DNA of 52,572 nt from a virus. Taxonomy: Duplodnaviria; Caudoviricetes. The position numbers and the translations under genes were made by a program. Each line of letters begins with the position of its first letter. The first letter of the stretch is position 1. Positions 18,795-26,395 of this stretch are shown here, one piece after another. The stretch spans positions 1-52,572 of the IMG/VR virus record IMGVR_UViG_3300032308_000777; one strand, 5' to 3'. Under the pieces are notes generated by a model that had not been told where the DNA came from, ran no database searches, and saw only the letters and a program-made list of their open reading frames with translations.

Positions 18795-20966
18795 ATGGCC
18801 GCCAGTGGGTATACTCCTATTTTAATTTATGCCAGCGGCACTGCATCCAACGTGCCTTTGGCTGCGAATCTGACCAGCAGCGCATCTGGTGCTGAACTTG
18901 CGCTGAACTACGCGGATGGAAAACTGTATTTCAAGAACAGTTCCGGTGTGGTGACGTTGCTGGCTTCGTCGGCAGGTGCGTCTGGTGATGTGGTTGGCCC
19001 GGCATCTGCCACCGATAACGCTCTGGCGCGTTTTGATCTGACCACAGGCAAGCTGATCCAGAACTCCGTTGGTATCCTGAGCGATGCAGGCGCATTGTCT
19101 GGACTGACTGACATCAGCGCATCTGGCAACGTGACTCTCTCCGGAGGCACCGCAAACGGTGTGGCCTACCTCAACGGCAGCAAAGTCCTGACCACTGGGT
19201 CTGCGCTGACGTTTGATGGGACGAATTTGACTGTCCCTGCGGAGATTTATCGCACTTCGGCAACCAGCTATGTCCGTTTGGCAGGCGGCGATGCAGCGGC
19301 TGCTGGTGCATACGTTTTAGCGTTTGGGCAATCGCATGCTTCAGCCCCCGGAAGACTTTCGCTGGGTACGTCGGGCACCGGCTCTATGCTTTTTGATATT
19401 GGCGGCTCCGAACAAATGCGCCTGACCAGCACAGGGCTGGGTATAGGGATAACAAATCCCGCCAACAAACTGGTGGTTTCAAACGGGGGCGCAAACGGCC
19501 TTGAGATTAACCCAACGTCTGGAGTGAGTAGCGGTGCATCTCTGAACGGGTACAACAGATCGACAAGTGCTTTTACCCCTTTGACGTACACGGCAATAGC
19601 GCACTATTTTCAAACTGGAAGCAGTCCTGCAACAGCAGCCACCCTCGACTCCAGCGGCAACCTGGGTATAGGGACGAGTTCGCCACAAAGCAAAATCCAA
19701 GTCAACCCGACTGGCGCGTATGGAATCGGCACTATATCCAATGCGGGTTTGAATATTTCCCCAACAAACATTACCGGCGGTTTTGCAACTGGTAGCGTGA
19801 TTTGGACAAACTACGCTCTTGGCGGAACTTCTGTAACTGCGTATATTTCTGCTGCTACATATGGCAATAACTACATGGACTTTAGCGCCAGTGGTACGGC
19901 TACGCAGATGCGCCTCGACTCCTCCGGCAACCTGGGCTTGGGGGTGACGCCGAGTACAGGTGGTTATGGAGTTGCATTTCAGTTCGCTCAAGCTGGTGAT
20001 GGCGGCGCTCTTACAGCCCAAGCTATTAGCGCGAACAACTACCCTGTCAATCTGACTGCAAATGCCATCAGCAGCGGTGCATCTACTTGGAAATACTTCA
20101 ACACAGACGCATCTTCAGCCAGTCGCTATCAACAAGTTGCTGGCGCTCACCAGTGGTTCACCGCCCCCTCCGGCACCGCAGGTAACGCTATCACATTTAC
20201 TCAGGCAATGACGCTGGATGCGAGTGGGAATTTGGGGTTGGGAGAAACATCTCCAAGCCAGAGACTTCATGTTAAAACATCTTCTTCTTCAATTTCGCTG
20301 TTTGATTCAACTGAAACTAACGGTGGATTTCTTACATTTTCTAGATCGGGAACGCCAAAAGGATATATAGGAAGTCCGTACCATTTAGTCATTCCAACTG
20401 GGTCAAATGATGACTTTGCGGTACGCGCCGTAAATAATCTGATACTTGTTACCGGCACCGCCGAACGCGCCCGTATCGACTCCAGTGGGAATTTTCTTGT
20501 AGCACAGACAATTCAAGGCCCAGCAAACTCATACAGTATGTGCTACGGGGCTGGCAACACTGGGGGGCTTGACTTGAGCCACCTTAATGGAGCTGCTAGC
20601 GGAACTATGTATGAGCGGTACAACTACAACGCTACAACGATTGGCTCTATCACACAGAACGGCACAACAGGTGTTCTTTACAACATAACCTCTGACCAGC
20701 GGCTGAAAGAAAATATTGTTGACGCCCCGGCAGCATCCAGCCTTATCGACGACATTCAAGTTAGGTCATTCGATTGGAAGTCTGACGGCAGTCATCAGAG
20801 GTATGGTTTCATAGCCCAAGAGCTTGTAGCCGTTGCTCCTGAAGCAGTGCATCAGCCAGTCAATCCTGATGAGATGATGGGTGTGGACTACTCCAAGCTC
20901 GTCCCCATGCTTGTCAAAGAAATCCAATCCCTGCGGCAACGTGTCGCTCAACTTGAAGGAAAGTAA
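18795..20966 (+). CDS. Tail fibre/spike with C-terminal intramolecular chaperone (peptidase S74-like)
   Basis: ELALNYADGKLYFKN N-terminus; xDSSGNLG repeats; TSDQRLKENI...GFIAQEL...VDYSKLVPML. Confidence 0.85.
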   Translation: MAASGYTPILIYASGTASNVPLAANLTSSASGAELALNYADGKLYFKNSSGVVTLLASSAGASGDVVGPASATDNALARFDLTTGKLIQNSVGILSDAGALSGLTDISASGNVTLSGGTANGVAYLNGSKVLTTGSALTFDGTNLTVPAEIYRTSATSYVRLAGGDAAAAGAYVLAFGQSHASAPGRLSLGTSGTGSMLFDIGGSEQMRLTSTGLGIGITNPANKLVVSNGGANGLEINPTSGVSSGASLNGYNRSTSAFTPLTYTAIAHYFQTGSSPATAATLDSSGNLGIGTSSPQSKIQVNPTGAYGIGTISNAGLNISPTNITGGFATGSVIWTNYALGGTSVTAYISAATYGNNYMDFSASGTATQMRLDSSGNLGLGVTPSTGGYGVAFQFAQAGDGGALTAQAISANNYPVNLTANAISSGASTWKYFNTDASSASRYQQVAGAHQWFTAPSGTAGNAITFTQAMTLDASGNLGLGETSPSQRLHVKTSSSSISLFDSTETNGGFLTFSRSGTPKGYIGSPYHLVIPTGSNDDFAVRAVNNLILVTGTAERARIDSSGNFLVAQTIQGPANSYSMCYGAGNTGGLDLSHLNGAASGTMYERYNYNATTIGSITQNGTTGVLYNITSDQRLKENIVDAPAASSLIDDIQVRSFDWKSDGSHQRYGFIAQELVAVAPEAVHQPVNPDEMMGVDYSKLVPMLVKEIQSLRQRVAQLEGK

Positions 20967-20969
20967 ACC

Positions 20970-21275
20970 ATGACCACCCCTACTATCACCTGGACAATCA
21001 CAACCACCAACTACGAAGTCTCCAACGGCTTCATCACAACGGCACATTGGACTGCCACAGCCGTGGATGGAGACTACACAGCCTCCATCTATTCGACTTG
21101 CTCATGGGCTGATGGCACTCCCACAGTCCCGTACAACCAAGTCACTCAGCAAGAAGTGCTGGAGTGGTGCTGGGACTCTGGGGTCTCCAAAGACGCCACT
21201 GAGGCTGCTTTGGCTCAGAACATTGCTCTTCAAAAGAACCCGGTAACTGCAACCGGCGTTCCCTGGTCTGCATAA
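20970..21275 (+). CDS. Small tail-fibre-associated protein
   Basis: TWTIT...VPYNQVTQQEVLEW...GVPW pattern; follows the fibre gene. Confidence 0.7.
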   Translation: MTTPTITWTITTTNYEVSNGFITTAHWTATAVDGDYTASIYSTCSWADGTPTVPYNQVTQQEVLEWCWDSGVSKDATEAALAQNIALQKNPVTATGVPWSA

Positions 21276-21327
21276 TTAATGAGGGCATACCGCTGGCCCT
21301 GACAGCGGCAACTACACGGAGAACGAC

Positions 21328-21486
21328 ATGGACGAACTGAAACTTTCAACGCAACTGATCAACGGCATCTTGCAATACCTGGGCACTCGCCCGTTTGTGG
21401 AAGTGGCTGGCTTGATCAACGAAATTCAGAAGCAGGCCGCTGCCCAAGGGGCGACACCTGTTGAGCAACCAAAAGCAGAAGACTGA
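21328..21486 (+). CDS. Small hypothetical protein (52 aa, MDELKLSTQLINGILQYLGTRPF...)
   Basis: Read by hand; GGAGA RBS; below the ORF-track cutoff. Confidence 0.7.
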   Translation: MDELKLSTQLINGILQYLGTRPFVEVAGLINEIQKQAAAQGATPVEQPKAED

Positions 21487-21488
21487 TC

Positions 21489-21668
21489 ATGACCACCATT
21501 GACGCAACTGATGCACGGCTATCAACGCATGAGGAAGTTTGTGCTCTTCGATACGAGCAAATCAATGCACGTTTGAAGCGAATTGAGGCCATCATGATAA
21601 AGACCGCTGGCATCATGCTTGTGTCGATGGCAGGGACGATCTTCGCGGCGATTTGGATCACAAAATGA
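21489..21668 (+). CDS. Small coiled-coil plus TM protein (59 aa, XhlA-like, lysis-associated)
   Basis: Read by hand: RLSTHEEVCALRYEQINARLKRIE followed by a hydrophobic tail. Confidence 0.7.
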   Translation: MTTIDATDARLSTHEEVCALRYEQINARLKRIEAIMIKTAGIMLVSMAGTIFAAIWITK

Positions 21669-21901
21669 TCCCAAAGGACAAGCTGCAACATTTGGCCATG
21701 GGAGTGGGGTCAGCAGCCGTTTTGGGCGCGATCCACTTCCTTCCCTTGGGGTTGGCCATTGCAGTCGGTGGAATCGTTTTTGGGGCCTTCTACGAGTTCC
21801 AGCAGTGGTATCGTAAAGAGGGACAACCTGACGTTTGGGACGCCATAGCGACCGCTCTGCCCGGTGTTGTCGCTGGTATAGCGTGGGAGCTAATGAAATG
21901 A
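21665..21901 (+). CDS. Small membrane protein (VanZ-like motifs)
   Basis: DKLQH...EFQQ...DVWDAIAT; hydrophobic segments; ATGA overlap. Confidence 0.6.
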   Translation: MIPKDKLQHLAMGVGSAAVLGAIHFLPLGLAIAVGGIVFGAFYEFQQWYRKEGQPDVWDAIATALPGVVAGIAWELMK

Positions 21902-22380
21902 TCGATCCCATCACCGCCCTTGCAGCCGTTTCGTCGGCAGTAAATCTTGTAAAGAAGGCTGTTGCCACCGTACAGGATGTGCAGAGCCTAGGGCCGGTGT
22001 TGGGTAAATACTTCGATGCCAAGGCCCAGGCCATCGAGGTGGTTGAGAAGTCAAAGTCGGGCGGGTTTGCTGGCTCTGCGATGGGCAAGGCGCTTGAGCT
22101 TGAGATGGCGCTTGAGCAGGCCAGGGAGTTTGAAGAGCAGGTCAAGATGCTGTTCTTCCAGAGCAACAAAATGGATGTCTGGATGCGGATCACAGCCCGC
22201 GCCCAGCAGATGGAAGTTGACGCCGCTCATGCAGCCCGTAGGCGCAAGGATGCTGAGAAGAAACGCGCCGAGGAAGTCGAGGAGATGATCACCCTGGTTG
22301 TTGGGGGCGTCATTGCCCTGGCCTCTGCTGGTGTGATTGCCTGGGTGGTAATTCAAATCGTTACTGGGAGCGTTAAATGA
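21898..22380 (+). CDS. Hypothetical protein with C-terminal TM helix
   Basis: MIDPITALAA start; coiled coil; TM; ATGA overlap. Confidence 0.7.
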   Translation: MIDPITALAAVSSAVNLVKKAVATVQDVQSLGPVLGKYFDAKAQAIEVVEKSKSGGFAGSAMGKALELEMALEQAREFEEQVKMLFFQSNKMDVWMRITARAQQMEVDAAHAARRRKDAEKKRAEEVEEMITLVVGGVIALASAGVIAWVVIQIVTGSVK

Positions 22381-22652
22381 ATTGGAGTGACGTACTCAAG
22401 GCGGTCATCCCCATTGTTGTTGCTGCGTTGGCGTGGCTGCTGGGTGAGGTGTCGTCGTTTAACACCCGCCTGACCAAAATAGAGGGGCAGATGCCCGCAC
22501 TGATCACGCCCCAGGGTGTACCCACAGACAGCCCGCTGTCGGCTGACGCCCGGAACAAGCTGAAAGAAGAGCTTTACAAAGACATCCACGATCTTCAGGT
22601 GCGTTTGAAGCTCATGGAAGAACGTCAACAAGTACTCAAGGAGCGCAAATAA
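22377..22652 (+). CDS. Small N-terminal TM protein of the lysis module
   Basis: VIPIVVAALAWLL TM followed by a coiled coil. Confidence 0.65.
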   Translation: MNWSDVLKAVIPIVVAALAWLLGEVSSFNTRLTKIEGQMPALITPQGVPTDSPLSADARNKLKEELYKDIHDLQVRLKLMEERQQVLKERK

Positions 22653-23143
22653 TGGACTTGATAAACATTCTGAAGTCGGTTGCTCCGGGCCTTGCCACGG
22701 CAGTGGCTGGCCCCCTAGGTGGTATGGCCGTCAAAGCCATCGCCGACAAGCTTGGCGTGGAGAATGAGGTAGCTGCTGTTGCCCAGGCTATTGCCGGTGA
22801 TCCAGATGCGGCGCGTAAGCTGGCAGAAATCAATCTTGAACAGTTCAAAGCGGAAGCTGCTGACCGTCATAGCGCCCGTACCATGCAAATTGCTGCGCTG
22901 CAACAAGATGACCGATTTGCCAAAAATTTTATTTATTGGTACGCATGGTTTTGGGCAGTGGGTTCAACAATATATTTTTTCTCGGTGACCTTTTTGGAAA
23001 TGCCGCAAGGTGGGCGTGACTTTGCCAACATCATTCTCGGCTTTCTGTTGGGCACGGCTGTGGCAACGATCATCAGCTTCTTCTACGGGTCTAGTAAATC
23101 CAGCAAAGATAAAACAGATGCATTGGTACAGGAGTTGAAATGA
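22652..23143 (+). CDS. Putative holin (3TM/GTA-holin-like)
   Basis: APGLATAVAGPLGG, DRHSAR, two TM helices, ISFFYGSS; upstream of the endolysin. Confidence 0.7.
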   Translation: MDLINILKSVAPGLATAVAGPLGGMAVKAIADKLGVENEVAAVAQAIAGDPDAARKLAEINLEQFKAEAADRHSARTMQIAALQQDDRFAKNFIYWYAWFWAVGSTIYFFSVTFLEMPQGGRDFANIILGFLLGTAVATIISFFYGSSKSSKDKTDALVQELK

Positions 23144-23643
23144 AAGAACACTTGGCTGATGCAATAAAAAACAACATAAAAAATGCTGTTAAAAAGTTGC
23201 ATCATGGCAAGCAGGGATCTTGTTCTGTTGAAGGTTGTCCGGGTGATGCTTTGGCAAAAGGTTTTTGTAATGCTCACTACATCCGCGCACGAAGAAACAA
23301 AGACATGAGTACTCCTGTGCAAGCTCTTGCCGATTCTTGCATTGACTGTGGCGATCCTTTAAATAATAAAGGCGGGTGGATGCGCTGTGCAAAACACTTT
23401 AAAGTTGCCCGGCAAAAAACAATCAAAGAGGCTCTGGTTGATGCGATGGGTGGATGCTGCCAAAAATGTGGTGGTGTTTTTAGTTTGTCGGTATATGATT
23501 TTCATCATGTTGGTGATAAAGACGAAAACCCGTCGTATTTGATTGCCAATTCCAGCATAGAACAAATTGCCTCTGAAATTGAAAAATGCATTTTGCTTTG
23601 CGCCAACTGTCATAGGATTGAACATGAAAGAAAATTGGACTGA
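23140..23643 (+). CDS. HNH endonuclease with Zn-binding Cys clusters, between holin and endolysin
   Basis: CSVEGC...GFCNAHY; GGCCQKCG; YDFHH; LLCANCHRIEH; AT-rich. Confidence 0.8.
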   Translation: MKEHLADAIKNNIKNAVKKLHHGKQGSCSVEGCPGDALAKGFCNAHYIRARRNKDMSTPVQALADSCIDCGDPLNNKGGWMRCAKHFKVARQKTIKEALVDAMGGCCQKCGGVFSLSVYDFHHVGDKDENPSYLIANSSIEQIASEIEKCILLCANCHRIEHERKLD

Positions 23644-24133
23644 TGCTTTACAACACATCCTTCATTGGGAAGGCGGTTACGTTCATCACAAAGATGACCC
23701 TGGCGGGATGACTAACCTGGGGGTGACCAAACGTGTATGGGAAGAATGGTCAGGCAAACCGGCCACTGAGGCCGACATGCGTTCGCTCACCCCTGAGATG
23801 GTTTCTCCGCTGTACAAAAAGCGGTATTGGGATGCTATTCGCGGTGATGAGCTTCCTGCTGGTGTTGATCTGTGCGTGGTTGACTGCGCCGTTAATGCTG
23901 GCCCTGGCCGGGCTGCTCGGTTTTTACAGCAAGCGGTAGGGGCTACGGTGGACGGCCAGATCGGCCCTAACACTCTGAAAGCTGTTGCAGCGCATGATCC
24001 AAAAGAGATCATCAAAAAGTTCTGCGACCTGCGCGAGGCTCACTACAAGAGCCTGCACACATTTGCCACCTTCGGCAAGGGCTGGATGCGCAGGCTGGAC
24101 TCCACGGAAGCAGACTGCATTGGCATGGCTTAA
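23624..24133 (+). CDS. Endolysin, glycoside hydrolase family 108 with PG-binding domain
   Basis: EGGYVHHKDDPGGMTNLGVT; VDGQIGPNT; FGKGWMRRL. Confidence 0.9.
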   Translation: MKENWTDALQHILHWEGGYVHHKDDPGGMTNLGVTKRVWEEWSGKPATEADMRSLTPEMVSPLYKKRYWDAIRGDELPAGVDLCVVDCAVNAGPGRAARFLQQAVGATVDGQIGPNTLKAVAAHDPKEIIKKFCDLREAHYKSLHTFATFGKGWMRRLDSTEADCIGMA

Positions 24134-24135
24134 TT

Positions 24136-24528
24136 ATGAGTTCCGCCGTCAAAACTGACCCCTCAAAGTGGAAGAGGATCGTTTCCCAGGTCAAGTCCAG
24201 CGGAAAGGGGGGGTCTCCTGGGCAATGGAGCGCCAGGAAGGCCCAGCTTGCCACGCAGAAGTACAAATCTTCCGGGGGGGGTTACAAAGGCCCCAAGAAG
24301 GCGGATAATTCGCTCTCACAGTGGACGAAAGAGGACTGGGGCACAAAGTCTGGAAAGCCGTCCACGCAGGGATCTCAAGCAACCGGCGAGCGGTATCTGC
24401 CCAAAAAGGCACGAGAGAAGCTGACACCTTCTGAATACGCGGCAACCACGCGAGCCAAGAGAGAAGGCATGCGACAGGGCAAGCAATTTGTCCCGCAGCC
24501 CGAATCTATCAAGAAAAAGGTGTGGTGA
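24136..24528 (+). CDS. Basic protein, DUF5872-like
   Basis: KGGSPGQWSARKAQL...YKSSGGGY...WTKEDW...ERYLPKKA. Confidence 0.6.
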   Translation: MSSAVKTDPSKWKRIVSQVKSSGKGGSPGQWSARKAQLATQKYKSSGGGYKGPKKADNSLSQWTKEDWGTKSGKPSTQGSQATGERYLPKKAREKLTPSEYAATTRAKREGMRQGKQFVPQPESIKKKVW

Positions 24529-25163
24529 TGACAGTTGCTGCCGTAATGACGTATGACAGCTTGGTCAACGACATCCAGACCTATCTGGAACGTACCGACC
24601 AAGCCACCCTGGACAAGATCCCCCAGTTCATCATGCTGGCGGAGCAGATCATTGCCGCCGATCTCAAGTTCCTGGGCAATCTGCAAGTGGTCACCAGCCA
24701 GATGGTGCAAGGCGACAACGTGATCGCCAAGCCGGCTCGTTGGCGCAAGACTGTCTCCATGAACGTCACAGTGGCCGGTAAGCGTCAGCCGGTTTTGCTG
24801 CGCACCTACGAGTACATCCGCGAATACTGGCCAGATCCGGCGCAGGAGGATGCTCCAAAGTTCTTCTGCGACTACGACTACGAGCATTGGCTTGTTGGCC
24901 CGACGCCTGACATCGCGTACAACTACGAGGTGCTGTACTACGAGCGCGTGCAGCCTCTTGACTCAGCAAACCAGTCCAACTGGTTCACGCAGTACGCCCC
25001 CCAGGCGCTGCTTTATGGCTCCCTGCTCCAGGCAATGCCGTTCCTTAAGAACGACGAGCGCATGCCGATGTGGCAGGGCAATTACGACCGCATCATCCAA
25101 GTCCTGAAGGAAGAGAACATCACCAGACTTGGTGACCGTCAGGCGATTGCGAGGGATTCATGA
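24528..25163 (+). CDS. Tail tubular/adaptor protein
   Basis: MTYDSLVNDIQTYLER...FIMLAE; GPTPD; LLYGSLLQAMPFLKND (alternative GTG start at 24522). Confidence 0.7.
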   Translation: MTVAAVMTYDSLVNDIQTYLERTDQATLDKIPQFIMLAEQIIAADLKFLGNLQVVTSQMVQGDNVIAKPARWRKTVSMNVTVAGKRQPVLLRTYEYIREYWPDPAQEDAPKFFCDYDYEHWLVGPTPDIAYNYEVLYYERVQPLDSANQSNWFTQYAPQALLYGSLLQAMPFLKNDERMPMWQGNYDRIIQVLKEENITRLGDRQAIARDS

Positions 25164-26395
25164 GCTTTACCAGTCCTTTTACCGGTCAGGTGATCCAGCC
25201 GACGGACGTTTCGTTCCGTGCTATCACTCTGAGCGTCACCACGACCCTGTCCTGGCCGATCAACGGCAGCGACACGGACAATGCCGCGGCCAGGATCATG
25301 AACGTCACGGCCACGGCGGGCAGCTTGCTGCTCAAGATGCCGCCGGCCAATCAGACCTCTGTCGGTCAAGATGCGCTGATCCGCAACGTCGGGGCAACCA
25401 CCTTCACGGTTGCAGACTACAACGGCAACACCATCGTTGCTGTGGCTTCTGGAGAGGCCAAGTACATCTACATCACCACCAATGCCACCACAGCAGGAAC
25501 CTGGGGCATCATCTCCTTTGGTGTGGGAAGCTCGAGCGCAGACGCTGCGACCCTTGCCGGATATGGTCTGAAGGCCATCTCGACGACACTCAATCAGGCT
25601 CATACGGTTCAGACGTTCTCGAGCAACTACACCGCGGTTGCTGCTGACCGAGCGTCTTCCTATGTCTGGACCGGCGGATCTGGGACTTTGGGCGTGACTG
25701 CCGCAACGACCCTTGGCAACGACTGGTTCTTCATGGTGCGCAACGCCGGAACCGGAACCCTGACGGTGACCCCAGCGGGAGGCTTGATCAACGGCGCTGC
25801 GAGCATTGCCTTGCAGCCTGCTGACTCTGCCTTTGTGGTCTGTTCTGGGGCCGCCTTCTTCACGGTTGGATTGGGCCGCAGCACGCAGTTCAACTTCACG
25901 CAGTTGACCAAGGCGGTGGTTTCTGGCTCTTACACCTTGACGGCGTCAGAGGCATCCAATGTGGTGCAGAAGTACACTGGAACTCTGTCCGGCAACGTTA
26001 CGGTCACCCTGCCGCAAACGGTTCAGGTGTACTACATCACCAACCAAACCAACGGTGGTGGGCCTGGGTATCAGATCACGTTCACGACGGGTTCTGGTGG
26101 CGCCACGGCAACCATTCCTGCTGGTCAGCAGGTGATCTTGCTGTGCGACTCTGTCAATTTGCTCAATGCCTCGACGATTGCTGCCGGCGCCGTCAACGTG
26201 TCCTTGGTTGATGGTACTGCTGGAGCACCTTCTCTGAACTTTGCAAATGAAACATCGACCGGTGTTTATCGTCCGGGGTCTGGTGAATTTGGTATTGCTG
26301 TGCTGGGTGCGAAGTATTTTGGTCTGACGACCACTGGGTTGTCTATCACCGGAACGGGGACTTTCAGCAACGGCGTTCAAGGCGGGGCGTTTTAA
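25160..26395 (+). CDS. Tail protein / short fibre
   Basis: T/A/G-rich; DGTAGAPSLNF...TGVYRPG motif; ends VQGGAF. Confidence 0.65.
   Translation: MSFTSPFTGQVIQPTDVSFRAITLSVTTTLSWPINGSDTDNAAARIMNVTATAGSLLLKMPPANQTSVGQDALIRNVGATTFTVADYNGNTIVAVASGEAKYIYITTNATTAGTWGIISFGVGSSSADAATLAGYGLKAISTTLNQAHTVQTFSSNYTAVAADRASSYVWTGGSGTLGVTAATTLGNDWFFMVRNAGTGTLTVTPAGGLINGAASIALQPADSAFVVCSGAAFFTVGLGRSTQFNFTQLTKAVVSGSYTLTASEASNVVQKYTGTLSGNVTVTLPQTVQVYYITNQTNGGGPGYQITFTTGSGGATATIPAGQQVILLCDSVNLLNASTIAAGAVNVSLVDGTAGAPSLNFANETSTGVYRPGSGEFGIAVLGAKYFGLTTTGLSITGTGTFSNGVQGGAF

Noticed and set aside
19400-20500. Diversity-generating retroelement TR/VR in the fibre repeats
   Set aside because: No reverse transcriptase in the genome; the repeats are ordinary xDSSGNLG fibre repeats without adenine-specific differences.
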